From Bacillota bacterium (GTDB taxonomy: Bacteria; Bacillota; UBA994), in contig WSXW01000006.1 in assembly GCA_009773495.1 (NCBI GenBank), positions 9,202 to 73,201 of the forward strand: a stretch of DNA of 64,000 nt, in the 5' to 3' direction. The position numbers and the translations under genes are program-made. The notes beneath the pieces are model-generated. The model was given only the letters and a program-made list of their open reading frames with translations. It ran no database searches and was not told where the DNA came from. Each line of letters begins with the position of its first letter. Positions within the stretch are counted from its first letter, which is position 1. Below are positions 1-10,508 of the stretch, in pieces.

Positions 1-1
1 G

Positions 2-1168
2 GACATCGGCGCAAGAACGTACACCTATATTTCTACCATGAATTACGCTATGATCGCTGCTAAAGAGAATAACAAGCCTTTTATTGTGCTCGACCGCCCT
101 AACCCCTTAGGCGGGATAATTGTAGAAGGTCCTGTGCTAGAAGACGGTTTTAAGACCTTTGTCGGGGTGGACAACCTCCCTATGGCACATGGCATGACTA
201 TTGGTGAGTTGGCGTTTTATTTTAACCGGTTGATTGGCGCTGATCTTACTGTCATTACCATGGAAGGCTACAGCCGCGAGATGATTTACCAAGACACTGG
301 CCTGCCGTGGGTGCAGACCTCGCCTAATATCCCAAACATTGATAGCGTATTTGGCTACATGGCCACAGGCTTAGGTGAAGGTACCGGTATTGGTCAGCAG
401 GATAAGTTTAAGTTCATTGGCGGAGCAAATATAGATCCAGACATGTTCGCTGCTATCCTCAATACAGCTAAGCTTCCTGGAGTCCAATTTATCGCTGAAA
501 GATTCATAAGATCGAACGGAACTTCTGTTCCTGGCGTCAGGCTCCTTATCACTGATTTTAAGACCTTCAACCCCGCAAAAAGTGGGCTCTATGCCTTGTT
601 CTATGCTCGCAGCCTGTGCAACTTCTCTATCCCCAAGAGTGGGCCGACCCTCGCAACCATGGTAATGTTCGATAAGGTCATGGGCACAAACCAAGTAGGT
701 GTGTGGCTAGAGAAGAACTACTCACCGCAACAAATGGAGGCGGCTTATACCCCAGGACTGAACGCCTTCAAGAAGGAGCGCGTGAAGTACTTGCTCTATG
801 GTTATGTCGGCAATAAGACCAATCCTTCAATACTTGTTAATGGCCGTAATACCTTCACTGACGTGAAACCTTTCATCAGCAATGCCCGCACCTTAGTACC
901 CGTCCGTGCGATTGCTGAAAATTTGGGAGCAGAAGTTGAATGGTTTGAGCGCGACAACTCTGTGACCATCACCAAGGATGCTATAGTAGTGAGGCTAGTA
1001 CTCAACAGTAGAGCAGCGTCGGTCAATGGCGCTCCCCTGCTGCTAGATGTTGCACCTATTGCTACAGCCGGCAGAACCTTCCTACCCGTGCGCTTTGTGA
1101 GCGAATACCTCGGGGCCGAAGTTGATTGGCAAGGAGATCGTTTTGCGGTAGCTATTACGACGAGGTAG
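2..1168 (+). CDS. NamZ-like (DUF1343) exo-beta-N-acetylmuramidase fused to two copper-amine-oxidase-N-terminal 'stalk' repeats. The 5' end is cut by the window edge.
   Basis: The frame is open from nt 2 (DIGARTYTYISTM...). DUF1343-like motifs FIVLDRPNPLGG and LPMAHGMTIGELA are present. The C-terminus has two repeats ending LVPVRAIAENLGAEVEW and FLPVRFVSEYLGAEVDW. Confidence 0.7.
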   Translation, partial: DIGARTYTYISTMNYAMIAAKENNKPFIVLDRPNPLGGIIVEGPVLEDGFKTFVGVDNLPMAHGMTIGELAFYFNRLIGADLTVITMEGYSREMIYQDTGLPWVQTSPNIPNIDSVFGYMATGLGEGTGIGQQDKFKFIGGANIDPDMFAAILNTAKLPGVQFIAERFIRSNGTSVPGVRLLITDFKTFNPAKSGLYALFYARSLCNFSIPKSGPTLATMVMFDKVMGTNQVGVWLEKNYSPQQMEAAYTPGLNAFKKERVKYLLYGYVGNKTNPSILVNGRNTFTDVKPFISNARTLVPVRAIAENLGAEVEWFERDNSVTITKDAIVVRLVLNSRAASVNGAPLLLDVAPIATAGRTFLPVRFVSEYLGAEVDWQGDRFAVAITTR

Positions 1169-1338
1169 CCAGTAAGAAGTGATTTCTGTGGGTCAGAGTC
1201 CAGTCCGTTGTTGGTCAGGAATAGCTACTGAATGTATGCGCTGTGGTTCAGCTACAAAAGGCAGGGCACAGAGGTCAGCTCCTTGAAGCTGTTATGGGGG
1301 TCAGGGAAAGTAAACTAACAGAGACATCAACCGAGGTT

Positions 1339-1380
1339 AAAAAGAGTTGGCGCAACATTGATGTTGCGCCAACTCTTTTT
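1339..1380. terminator. Bidirectional rho-independent terminator between the NamZ-like gene and the methyltransferase gene
   Basis: Perfect 19-bp inverted repeat aaaaagagttggcgcaaca / tgttgcgccaactcttttt with loop ttga. An A-tract on one side and a T-tract on the other serve the convergent genes. Confidence 0.75.
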
Positions 1381-1384
1381 ACTC

Positions 1385-2251
1385 TCAGTCGTTAGTCCCC
1401 ACCAACTCTGCGTGAGGCAGTTCAGGCTGTCTCTTCTCGATAAACTCTGCCCCTAATAAGAAATTCTGTGTTTCCTTGAGAACGCGGGCACGGATTTGCT
1501 CACAATAAGCTGGGTCAATCTCCACCCCGTAACTATTTCTTCCTGTAGTAAGCGCGGCTACCATTGTAGTACCCGTCCCGCAGAATGGGTCTATGACAGT
1601 GTCACCGACAAACGAAAACATCCGTACTAGGCGAGAAGCCAGCTCCAATGGAAAAGGCGCAGGGTGATTTCTTGTGGATGCACCAGGTATCGTCCAGATC
1701 TGCTGAAACCACTGATCAAACAGTTCCTTGGGAATCATGCTCAGCCTGCGCTGCTCCTCAGTGGGTTGCCGGTAACCACCAGGTTTTCGCTGCATGAGAA
1801 TAAACTCTATATCGTTCTTAATAATGGCGTTAGGCTCATAAGGCTTACCCAAAAACTTACTACCGTTGCTAACTTCGTAGTTGGCATTCGAAATCTTGTG
1901 CCAGATAATTGGATTAAGATTATCAAACCCGATCTTCCGACAGGCAACTGCTATGTCTGAGTGCAAAGGCATCACCACATGGCGGCCAAACTCACGGCGC
2001 GACATGCAAACATCACCAACCACACACACCATACGCCCACCCGGCACCAATATCCTGTAAGCCTCTTTCCAAACCTTGTTGAGTTCCGCAAGAAAGTCTT
2101 CGTATTCTTGCACATGCCCAAGCTGTTGCGGATGCTCATTATACCTTTTTAAGGTCCAATAAGGCGGAGACGTGATGACCAAATGTACAGAAGCGTCCTC
2201 ACAAAAGGATAGATCGCGGGCGTCTCCATTTACCAATACGTGTTTTGTCAC
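1385..2251 (-). CDS. Beta-class amino-DNA methyltransferase, probably N4-cytosine-specific
   Basis: 288 aa. Motif IV TSPPYW lies near the N-terminus and AdoMet motif I DPFCGTGTT near the C-terminus (beta permutation). SPPY is typical of m4C enzymes. The gene has a 4-nt overlap with the upstream ORF. Confidence 0.8.
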   Translation of the reverse strand: MTKHVLVNGDARDLSFCEDASVHLVITSPPYWTLKRYNEHPQQLGHVQEYEDFLAELNKVWKEAYRILVPGGRMVCVVGDVCMSRREFGRHVVMPLHSDIAVACRKIGFDNLNPIIWHKISNANYEVSNGSKFLGKPYEPNAIIKNDIEFILMQRKPGGYRQPTEEQRRLSMIPKELFDQWFQQIWTIPGASTRNHPAPFPLELASRLVRMFSFVGDTVIDPFCGTGTTMVAALTTGRNSYGVEIDPAYCEQIRARVLKETQNFLLGAEFIEKRQPELPHAELVGTND

Positions 2252-3066
2252 TTCATTCCCTCCAACAATGTGCTTAACAGAAGCCGTGCTGCACTCTCTA
2301 TTGACCCTTGCGTCTGCGAGGCGAAGAAAACTCCATCGATGAATTGTGATCGCAGTCTATCACGCACATTAGAGTGGTCCTCTGGGAAAGGGAAGTATAT
2401 AACTGCCGCAAATTTCGCAGCGGGGAGGGCACCCCGGAGTTTGGCTGCCTTGTTCACGATCTCATCACACCGCTTGTGGATGTCGCGCCTTGCCTCTACT
2501 CGCTTGATGTCAACTCCTAATCGTATATCTCCCGTCAGTGGAGAGGCAGCGTCTAGCTCAAACTCTTCTCCCTCTACTTTGAAGTGCCTCTTTTTGAACT
2601 TAGTCTGTCTACCGGCTCCAAACCGATTAAGTGCCTCGACAATTTGCTTCTCCCACTGGCCTTTTAACTTACGTACTTCCTTGTCTATAAAGGCCACCTT
2701 ATCGACATGGCCTAAAGCTGTGAGCGAGACCCTATCGGGGAGAAATGGCTTTATGTACTCAGCGACCACCTTGGCTTGATCTTCGTTAAGTGAACCGCCA
2801 TAAGTATCAAGGTTCTTTATTCCAAGATCTCTTTCTAGTGCTCGTCCCGCGATGTTGCACAGACAAGCAAGAGGTTTAAAAACCATGGGAAAGTTCACGA
2901 GGATTTCAGCCAACTCAAAGACATCCATGTCTGAGAAGTGTATGAACTCATCTACTTCAGCTACGAGGTATTCTTTGAAAGCTTCCCTAAGGGTTCTCTG
3001 CACAAACATCGAATCTATCTCTGGTGAGTTCATCCACCGCCTGCATGAAATCCACATGGGAGCCAT
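2248..3066 (-). CDS. Putative type II restriction endonuclease cognate to the adjacent methyltransferase
   Basis: 272-aa ORF translationally coupled to the MTase by a 4-nt overlap. It has a PD-(D/E)xK-like signature, ELDAASPLTGDIRLGVDIKR. I recognised no family and the start codon is uncertain. Confidence 0.45.
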   Translation of the reverse strand: MAPMWISCRRWMNSPEIDSMFVQRTLREAFKEYLVAEVDEFIHFSDMDVFELAEILVNFPMVFKPLACLCNIAGRALERDLGIKNLDTYGGSLNEDQAKVVAEYIKPFLPDRVSLTALGHVDKVAFIDKEVRKLKGQWEKQIVEALNRFGAGRQTKFKKRHFKVEGEEFELDAASPLTGDIRLGVDIKRVEARRDIHKRCDEIVNKAAKLRGALPAAKFAAVIYFPFPEDHSNVRDRLRSQFIDGVFFASQTQGSIESAARLLLSTLLEGMK

Positions 3067-3197
3067 ATTCCTTGTCCATCAACGCCACCTCAAAACTCTA
3101 TATAAGTGGTACTTCGCTGTCCACGTCGTATTTCCTGCGTGGCACAAACTGGTGTTTGCATATTTGTGTGTTACTACAAGGTTTGTGTCTCTCTCTC

Positions 3198-3233
3198 GAA
3201 AAAACGGTGCGTCTCTGTTGTAGAGACGCACCG
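3198..3233 (-). terminator. Rho-independent terminator of dapF
   Basis: Stem cggtgcgtctct / agagacgcaccg with loop gttgt, starting 5 nt after the dapF stop. It is followed on the minus strand by TTTTTTC. Confidence 0.75.
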
Positions 3234-3237
3234 ACCT

Positions 3238-4074
3238 TTACCGATATTCTCCTGTGAAGACTTCCTCTGCAGAGCCGGTCATATAGAGGTTGCCGTCCTC
3301 TTCAACCCAGTCAATGACGAGCTCACCGCCGCGCAGCAGCACTGTGGCTCTGCGCGGTGAACGTTTAGTGAGATAGGCTGCAGCTAGTACGGCTGTAGCT
3401 CCTGTTCCACAAGCAAGAGTTGGGCCAGCGCCCCGCTCCCACACCATATCCACTAGATAGTCCGGGCGCTTAACCTCGACAAAGTTTACATTAGCGCCCT
3501 TAGGAAACACAGGCAGCTTCTCTATTTGCTGACCCTCGGTGACAAAGTCAAAGTCAGTCAGATCGGGCACAAAGATCACCACATGAGGTACGCCGGTATT
3601 AATCAGCACACCAGTATAAACACCCTTCTCGGTCCGCAAGGGAAGATCCGTTACCGGTCCTTCCCCCTCCACCAAGGCCGGGAAGGCAGACGGCTTAAGA
3701 ACAGGGGCACCCATATTTACTCTAATTAGTTGGGCTTTGTTGGCCCTTCTGGTAATCTCGGTTGTGTATATCCCTGCCAGGGCCTCTACGGTAACTATGG
3801 TACCGCGGGAACGGCCCCGGTCATATATAAATTTGGCTACACAACGCAGGGCATTGCCGCACATTTCAGCTTCGCTCCCGTCGGAGTTCATGATCTGCAT
3901 GCGGCAGTCGGCCCGCTTGGAGGGGTAAACTAACACTAGTCCATCCGCTCCTACGCCAAACTGTCTATGACAAATAGCCTCTGCCAGTCGGCTTGGTGCC
4001 TCGAAGAGGGTTTCTTTGTCCATGTCTACTAGTATAAAGTCATTGCCTAGTCCGTGCATTTTTGTAAATAGCAT
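3238..4074 (-). CDS. dapF: Diaminopimelate epimerase
   Basis: 278 aa. N-terminus MHGLGNDFILVD. Two catalytic Cys contexts, EMCGNALRC and LACGTGATA. Confidence 0.93.
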   Translation of the reverse strand: MLFTKMHGLGNDFILVDMDKETLFEAPSRLAEAICHRQFGVGADGLVLVYPSKRADCRMQIMNSDGSEAEMCGNALRCVAKFIYDRGRSRGTIVTVEALAGIYTTEITRRANKAQLIRVNMGAPVLKPSAFPALVEGEGPVTDLPLRTEKGVYTGVLINTGVPHVVIFVPDLTDFDFVTEGQQIEKLPVFPKGANVNFVEVKRPDYLVDMVWERGAGPTLACGTGATAVLAAAYLTKRSPRRATVLLRGGELVIDWVEEDGNLYMTGSAEEVFTGEYR

Positions 4075-4203
4075 ACTCAGTTTTCCCCTTTCCGGTCACC
4101 TAAGAAGCCTTACGGAGAAGCCGGAAGACTTCTCACTACATTATACGCGAATCACCTGATAAGGGCAAAACCCGTGGACAGGACTCTCAACCACTGCTGC
4201 GCC

Positions 4204-5340
4204 CTACACCTTTAAGCCCCAAAGGGTTTCTTCTGCCCATTCGATGGCTAAGTCTGGCTCATTAGTTTTGATTAAAAGATGCCCCATTTTACGGCCGTAC
4301 TGTGCTTGGCCGCTTTTGCCGTAAAGGTGTAACTTAACATTCGTGGGTAAGTACGGGATGATTTTCATTAAGCTAGGCATGTCGGCACCCAGTACGTTAA
4401 CCATAACTGCAGGAAAGAGTAGTTCGGTTGACCCAAACGGCAAGCCGCACACGGCTCGCACAAATTGCTCAAACTGCGAGGTATGGCACGCGCCAAAACT
4501 AAAATGGCCTGAGTTATGTGGCCGAGGGGCTAGTTCATTTACCATCAAGCCTTGCGGTGTAACAAACATTTCTACTGCTAGAATCCCCACCAATTGCAAA
4601 GAGTCAGCTATGCGCTTGGCTAGGCTTTGTGCTTCCTCTTCTAAACTTGCATTGATCCTAGCTGGTACTACTGTGGTATGAAGAATGTTGTCGCGATGTA
4701 AATTTTCAGCAACCGGAAAAAGAGATGTAGTGCCGTGACCATTGCGAGCTACAATGACCGATACTTCGCCGAGGAGCTGCACAAACTTCTCTAATACAAA
4801 CTGTCCACCTCGACCACATAGCGCCATTGCAGCGGGGATGTCGTCTTGACTACGTAGTACCTGTTGGCCTTTGCCGTCATACCCACCAGTAGCGGATTTA
4901 AGTACCGCAGGGTAGCCAATTTGCTCTAGCGCACAGATGAGCCGAGCCTCGCTGTTCACTACGGCATAAGGCGCGATGGGAAAAAGATGCTTTGCAAGAT
5001 GCCCTTTCTCCAACACGCGGTGCTGTGTAATGGAGAGTATCTCACTTCCTTGTGGCACATAGTACTGCTGTTCTAAGGCGCCTACCACAGACGCACTGAT
5101 ATTCTCAAACTCGTAAACCAATACATCAGATTGCTCAGCTAACTTCTCTGCCGCAGCAAGATCGTTAAACGACCCGACAATTTGCCCATCACTTACCTGC
5201 CCACAGGGGGAGTCGGGGGTAGGGTCAAGACACAGAACCCGATATCCCATTTTCTTAGCTTCTATAGCGGTCATTCGACCTAACTGCCCACCGCCTAGGA
5301 TACCAATTGTAGACCCTGGCAGAATCACGCGCTTGCTCAT
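4204..5340 (-). CDS. purK: N5-carboxyaminoimidazole ribonucleotide synthase
   Basis: 378 aa ATP-grasp protein with [10 protein letters not shown]. It has a 4-nt overlap with purE and is the last gene of the pur operon. Confidence 0.9.
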   Translation of the reverse strand: MSKRVILPGSTIGILGGGQLGRMTAIEAKKMGYRVLCLDPTPDSPCGQVSDGQIVGSFNDLAAAEKLAEQSDVLVYEFENISASVVGALEQQYYVPQGSEILSITQHRVLEKGHLAKHLFPIAPYAVVNSEARLICALEQIGYPAVLKSATGGYDGKGQQVLRSQDDIPAAMALCGRGGQFVLEKFVQLLGEVSVIVARNGHGTTSLFPVAENLHRDNILHTTVVPARINASLEEEAQSLAKRIADSLQLVGILAVEMFVTPQGLMVNELAPRPHNSGHFSFGACHTSQFEQFVRAVCGLPFGSTELLFPAVMVNVLGADMPSLMKIIPYLPTNVKLHLYGKSGQAQYGRKMGHLLIKTNEPDLAIEWAEETLWGLKV

Positions 5341-5828
5341 TCTATTTCTAACCTCTCCTGCGCATACACCTGGTTTGCCGCAGCCTCGCGACGTAAGCTG
5401 AGCTTACCGTGCAGCTCACTGTCTGTGACAGCAAGTATTTGGCAGGCAAAAAGTGCTGCGTTCTTGGCACCAGCGATACCGATAGCTACAGTTGCTACTG
5501 GAATACCTGCGGGCATTTGCACAATAGACAATAGCGAGTCAAGGCCCTGCAAATTGTGGGTGGGTATTGGCACTCCAATCACCGGGAGCATAGTCTTGCT
5601 TGCTACCATGCCTGGCAGGTGGGCGGCTCCGCCTGCGCCGGCAATAATTACTTTAATTCCGCGTGAAGCGGCTTGTGAGGCATAGTTGAACATAAGGTCG
5701 GGGGTACGGTGAGCCGAAACCACTTTGCGCTCATGGGCTACATTAAGCTCTTCTAGGATACGGCAGGCCTCTTGCATCACCGGCCAGTCGGATTTGCTAC
5801 CCATTATCACTCCAATTCGTGGCTTCAT
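5337..5828 (-). CDS. purE: N5-CAIR mutase
   Basis: 163 aa with [11 protein letters not shown] and [10 protein letters not shown] motifs. It overlaps the purD stop and the purK start by 4 nt each. Confidence 0.93.
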   Translation of the reverse strand: MKPRIGVIMGSKSDWPVMQEACRILEELNVAHERKVVSAHRTPDLMFNYASQAASRGIKVIIAGAGGAAHLPGMVASKTMLPVIGVPIPTHNLQGLDSLLSIVQMPAGIPVATVAIGIAGAKNAALFACQILAVTDSELHGKLSLRREAAANQVYAQERLEIE

Positions 5829-7078
5829 AAATGACTCCCCTTTCTCTGGCCTATGTCGGTGCGGTAGCGCATATCGGCGAAAGAGATTTCCTTCATCCCT
5901 TGGTATGCTAGACGAAGGGCTCCATCAAGATTTGGTCTCTTGCCCACCACATTTAGGATTCTGCCTCCATTTGTGACTAGCTGGCCTTCCGCTAAGGCCG
6001 TGCCGGCGTGAAAGACGATACAGCCTCGGGCCTGAGCTTGCTCTAAGCCGTTAATAGTTGCTCCCTTAGAACCCTGTGCCGGGTATTCGCCTCCACAGGC
6101 CACTACCAGTGCCGCTGCATCGCTACTCCATACAGGAGGGATAGTGAGCAGTTGCCCTACTGCAGCACCGTAGAGATATGGCACTATGTCGCAGTCTAGG
6201 CGAATCATTAGTACCTGGCATTCTGGGTCACCAAAGCGAGCGTTGTACTCCAATAGCTTAACTCCAGAGGCGGTAACCATTAGACCTAAGTAAATCATGC
6301 CGCGATATTCTGCGTTCTCTTGTTTAAGGCCAAAAAGAGTCCTGTCCAAGATTTGCCGTACAACGGTGCTTAACTCGAGTGTCATGTAGTCTACAGGTGA
6401 ATAAGCACCCATGCCTCCAGTATTAGGACCGGTGTCTCCATCATGTAGTTGCTTGTGGTCCTCAGCTGCCTCTAACACATGGTAGATATAACCATCAGTA
6501 ATAGCAAACACCGAGACCTCGCGCCCGACCAGAAACTCTTCTACTACTAAGCTTTGCTCTGCGGGTAGGTGAGCTACAGCAGAGACTGCTTCATCACAGG
6601 TGTAAGCGATAACGACACCCTTGCCTGCAGCCAAGCCATCGGCCTTGACCACTATGGGCAGGGGACACTCTCTAAGATAGGCAATCGCTGCGGCTCGGTC
6701 TGTAAAGGTAGTGTACTCTGCCGTGGGAATGCCGTATTTCTTCATAAAGCCCTTTGAATAGGCCTTGCTCCATTCGAGCCGAGCTCCCGCACAAGTGGGG
6801 CCAAAAACTGCACATGACGGGTGGTGCTGTTTAACCGCATCAGCCACTCCAGCCGCTAAGGGGTCCTCGGGGCCGATGACTAATAAGTCAATGTCTAATT
6901 TTTTAGTCAAGGCAACAACTGCGTGTGGGTCTAGAATATCGCAGGGAACGTTCACTGCATCTTGTGCAGTACCAGGGTTCCCAGGTGAGCAATAGAGCGC
7001 TGTGACTAAGGGGCTTTGGGATATTTTCCACACCAAAGCGTGCTCGCGACCGTTTTTTCCAAGGACGAGTATACGCAT
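5825..7078 (-). CDS. purD: Phosphoribosylamine-glycine ligase
   Basis: [16 protein letters not shown]-terminus. I chose the ATG at 7078 because ACAAGGAGG lies 6 nt upstream. The ORF track extends to 7102. Confidence 0.92.
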   Translation of the reverse strand: MRILVLGKNGREHALVWKISQSPLVTALYCSPGNPGTAQDAVNVPCDILDPHAVVALTKKLDIDLLVIGPEDPLAAGVADAVKQHHPSCAVFGPTCAGARLEWSKAYSKGFMKKYGIPTAEYTTFTDRAAAIAYLRECPLPIVVKADGLAAGKGVVIAYTCDEAVSAVAHLPAEQSLVVEEFLVGREVSVFAITDGYIYHVLEAAEDHKQLHDGDTGPNTGGMGAYSPVDYMTLELSTVVRQILDRTLFGLKQENAEYRGMIYLGLMVTASGVKLLEYNARFGDPECQVLMIRLDCDIVPYLYGAAVGQLLTIPPVWSSDAAALVVACGGEYPAQGSKGATINGLEQAQARGCIVFHAGTALAEGQLVTNGGRILNVVGKRPNLDGALRLAYQGMKEISFADMRYRTDIGQRKGSHL

Positions 7079-7161
7079 GTGACACCTCCTTGTATTACCC
7101 ATGAAAGAGCTCTCAGGAGGGAACCCATCGTGTGCATGGTATTGGGTGTCCCTGCCGTTGA

Positions 7162-8694
7162 CTAGTGCCTAAAGTGCCTCTCGCCGGTGTAGACCATGGC
7201 AATTCCGGCCTGCTCGGCTACTGCTAGTGAGTCACTATCACGCATTGATCCACCGGGTTGAATAATTGCGACAATCCCGACTTCAGCGCACTTTTCTAAG
7301 ACGTCAGACATAGGGAAAAACGCATCAGAAGCTAGAACTGCGCCCTTAAGCTTGCATCCTGCACGCTGCATGGCTTGTAATGTCGGGTCGATCCGATTGG
7401 TTTGCCCCATGCCTACACCGAGGGTTACTCCATCCTTGACAATAACTATGGCGTTAGACTTGACGTGTTTAACCACGGTCCAGCCAAATTCCATGTCATC
7501 AATCTGCCCGTCTGTGGGGAGAGCAGTGGTAACAACGCGCCAGTTCTTGCGCGAGCCGGTCACATCCGGTGTCTGGAGGAGGTAACCGCCGTCCACCTTT
7601 TTTAGGTCCCATTGTGGTAGCCTTACTTCGCGCGGACTCATATCTACGGCCAGAAGTCGTAGGTTCTTCTTCTTGCCTAATGCTACTAGCGCCTCTGCGC
7701 TAAACTGCGGGGCTATTACTACCTCCAGAAAGATCTCTGCTAGAGCTTCACCCGTGGCGGCGTCTACCTCCCGATTAAGGGCGATAATACCACCAAAAAT
7801 GGAGACGGGGTCGGCAGCGTGAGCTTTCGTGAAGGCATCATAAATTGTCTCGCCTAGGGCCACGCCGCAGGGGTTAGTATGCTTAATTGCTACGGCCGCC
7901 GGGCGGGAGAATTCCTTAACTAGCTCCAATGCAGCATTAGCGTCATTAATATTGCAGAAGGAGAGCTCTTTTCCTTGAAGCTGCTTAGCTTGACTTAGTC
8001 CTCCCGCAAGAACTGGTTCCCGGTAGAAGGCGGCGGCTTGGTGAGGGTTCTCTCCGTACCGCAAACCCGAGGTCCGCGTCATGGGTAGCCCCAGTTCTTG
8101 TGGGAAGCCCTCTAGGCCGAAGGCCTGCCAGAAGTACATGCTGATGGTGCTATCGTAATGGGCGGTATGCAGCAAGGCCTCAACCGCTAGCCTGCGACGC
8201 AAGCTATGGCTTACCTCGCTCTTCTCACGTAAGTCACGGATTACCTCGGCATATTGCGCAGGGCTTGTGACTACTGCTACAAAGGCGTGGTTTTTAGCGG
8301 CGGAGCGCACCATTGCAGGGCCGCCGATATCAATGTTCTCTATAGCCTCATCTAGAGTGTGCATGCGGCTAATTGTTGCCGCAAAGGGATAGAGATTAAT
8401 GCAAACTAGATCTATCGGCTCTATACCCTGCTCCTTAGCTAAATTAATATCCTCGGAATTGTCGCGCCGCATCAAGATGCCCCCGTGAACTTTAGGGTGC
8501 AAGGTCTTAACCCTGCCATCCATCATTTCAGGAAAAGAAGTTATTTCTTGCACTTCTGTAACAGATATTCCCGCGGTCCTCAGAAGTTGAGCCGTACCCC
8601 CGGTGGAGATTATGGCAAAGCCTAAGCTCACCAGTTCCTCCGCAAATTCTATAACTCCGTGCTTATCTGATACACTAATAAGCGCTCGTTTCAT
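7162..8694 (-). CDS. purH: Bifunctional AICAR formyltransferase / IMP cyclohydrolase
   Basis: MKRALISVSDKHGV MGS-like N-terminus and an AICARFT core. ATG at 8694 is preceded by GGAGGTTCGGGAG. Confidence 0.93.
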   Translation of the reverse strand: MKRALISVSDKHGVIEFAEELVSLGFAIISTGGTAQLLRTAGISVTEVQEITSFPEMMDGRVKTLHPKVHGGILMRRDNSEDINLAKEQGIEPIDLVCINLYPFAATISRMHTLDEAIENIDIGGPAMVRSAAKNHAFVAVVTSPAQYAEVIRDLREKSEVSHSLRRRLAVEALLHTAHYDSTISMYFWQAFGLEGFPQELGLPMTRTSGLRYGENPHQAAAFYREPVLAGGLSQAKQLQGKELSFCNINDANAALELVKEFSRPAAVAIKHTNPCGVALGETIYDAFTKAHAADPVSIFGGIIALNREVDAATGEALAEIFLEVVIAPQFSAEALVALGKKKNLRLLAVDMSPREVRLPQWDLKKVDGGYLLQTPDVTGSRKNWRVVTTALPTDGQIDDMEFGWTVVKHVKSNAIVIVKDGVTLGVGMGQTNRIDPTLQAMQRAGCKLKGAVLASDAFFPMSDVLEKCAEVGIVAIIQPGGSMRDSDSLAVAEQAGIAMVYTGERHFRH

Positions 8695-9454
8695 CTCCCG
8701 AACCTCCTTCAATAACCTTTACGCGGCGCCCTTCTATACGTAGGCGCCCCTCGGCGTAAAGCTTTATAGCTAAAGGATAAAGCTTTTTTTCTACTTGCGA
8801 GATTTTTTGGGTTAGCGTCTCTACGGTATCACTGTCTAAGACATCCACCACTTGCTGCAATATTATCGGACCGGTATCTACCTGATCGTCCACAAACATG
8901 ACTGTAACTCCGCTTACTTTACAACCATAGTCCAGCACCTTTTCGTGAACGAGTTGGCCATAGCACCCCTTACCACCAAAGGCCGGAAGGAGGCTGGGGT
9001 GAATATTCATAATCTGTCCGGCAAAACTAGCCATGGTTTTCGGTCCAAGGATGGATAAGTACCCCGCCAAAATAATCAAGTCTGGCTTGACCTCAAGTAA
9101 CTGGGTGCACAGCGCTTCATCATACGCTGCCGCATCGAGAAAGTCCCGCGGGCGGATGATAGCTACTGGGATGTTGTGTTTACGCGCCCGGTCTGGTGCC
9201 TTTACATCGCGGCGGGAGCTAATGCACATACTTATCTCAGCGTTGAGGTAACCGCTCTCAATGGCGTCTATAAGGGCCTGCATGGTCGTGCCGCCGCCGG
9301 AAACGAGCACGGCGAGGCGACACGGGGAAGAGTTCCTGGTTCCCTCGCGTGTCAATGCCACGCGGAACCCATTTGATTTTGGATTTTGTATTTTTGTTTC
9401 GTCCTCTAACTGAGGACTGGCGGACGACCGTTCTCCATCCTCCTTAAGCGACAT
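8675..9454 (-). CDS. purN: Phosphoribosylglycinamide formyltransferase. The start is unresolved and the N-terminal extension is atypical.
   Basis: The conserved core starts at RLAVLVSGGGTTMQALIDA (about nt 9319), with HPSLLPAFGG further on. The ORF stays open to 9517, inside purM. ATG 9454 is the first start downstream of the purM stop, but it has no SD. Confidence 0.8.
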   Translation of the reverse strand: MSLKEDGERSSASPQLEDETKIQNPKSNGFRVALTREGTRNSSPCRLAVLVSGGGTTMQALIDAIESGYLNAEISMCISSRRDVKAPDRARKHNIPVAIIRPRDFLDAAAYDEALCTQLLEVKPDLIILAGYLSILGPKTMASFAGQIMNIHPSLLPAFGGKGCYGQLVHEKVLDYGCKVSGVTVMFVDDQVDTGPIILQQVVDVLDSDTVETLTQKISQVEKKLYPLAIKLYAEGRLRIEGRRVKVIEGGSGDETSAY

Positions 9455-9476
9455 ATGACTAGTGACTAGTGACCCG

Positions 9477-10508
9477 TCACTCAAACCTAACCCCTGCCCC
9501 TGCTTCGACCTGGCCAATAATATATGCCTTTTCGCCGCTTGATGCCAGACGATCTACTACTAAGTCAGCTTGCTCAGATGACACTACCAGAACAAACCCT
9601 ATACCCATATTAAAAGTTCTAAACATTTCGCATATCTCCACGCCGCCGAGTTGCTGCAGCCACGAGAATACCGGGAGGATGGGCCAGCTTCCTAATTTTA
9701 TGCTGACTCCGAGGCCCTCAGGGAGCACACGCGGGATGTTCTCAATAAAGCCGCCACCAGTTACGTGCACCATACCTTTAATTAGGGCCTCTTTCACCAA
9801 CGGCAGCACCGCTTTGACATAAATGCGCGTAGGCCTAAGGAGCTCTTCACCTACTGTTACGCCTAGTTCTACCGGAACGTGTACTGTGCTTAAGTCGTTT
9901 AGCTCAAAGATAAGTTTACGGATTAAAGAATAACCGTTACTATGCAGGCCACTAGACGGCAAACCCACCAGCACATCCCCGGGCTTAATATTGCTGCCAT
10001 CAATGACGTTTTGTTTTTCTACTACTCCTACAGCAAAGCCTGCTAAGTCGTATTCCCCGGGGCTATAGAGACTAGGCAGTTCGGCAGTCTCACCACCAAT
10101 TAGGGCACAACCTGCTTGGCGACAACCTGTAGCCACCCCACTGACAATATCAGCCACTTGCTCAGGAACAAGCTTGGCGACGCCAATGTAGTCTAGAAAA
10201 AACAGCGGCTCGGCACCGCACACCAGAATATCGTTGACCGACATGGCTACCAAGTCGATTCCAACGGTATCATGTCGATTAAGCATAAAGGCGATTTTGA
10301 GCTTGGTGCCGACACCATCTGTTCCAGAGACTAATACCGGCTCTTGATATTTGCCTAAAGCAAACAGCCCCCCAAATCCACCGATGTCGGTCATGACTCC
10401 GGGGCGGAAGGTGGATCTAACTGATTCTTTTATAAGACTAACGGCACGGTTGCCGGCGTCGACATCGACACCGGCTTCCTTATAAGTTACACCTTGTTTG
10501 TTAACCAC
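9477..10508 (-). CDS. purM: Phosphoribosylformylglycinamidine cyclo-ligase (AIR synthase)
   Basis: [20 protein letters not shown]-terminus. GTG at 10508 overlaps the purF stop (GTGGTTAA) with GAGGAG upstream. The ORF track extends to 10586. Confidence 0.9.
   Translation of the reverse strand: MVNKQGVTYKEAGVDVDAGNRAVSLIKESVRSTFRPGVMTDIGGFGGLFALGKYQEPVLVSGTDGVGTKLKIAFMLNRHDTVGIDLVAMSVNDILVCGAEPLFFLDYIGVAKLVPEQVADIVSGVATGCRQAGCALIGGETAELPSLYSPGEYDLAGFAVGVVEKQNVIDGSNIKPGDVLVGLPSSGLHSNGYSLIRKLIFELNDLSTVHVPVELGVTVGEELLRPTRIYVKAVLPLVKEALIKGMVHVTGGGFIENIPRVLPEGLGVSIKLGSWPILPVFSWLQQLGGVEICEMFRTFNMGIGFVLVVSSEQADLVVDRLASSGEKAYIIGQVEAGAGVRFE

Noticed and set aside
4075-4203. Lysine riboswitch (L-box) upstream of dapF
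   Set aside because: The spacer is only about 129 nt and lacks the multi-stem L-box architecture. Only a short hairpin and a -10-like TATAAT are visible.
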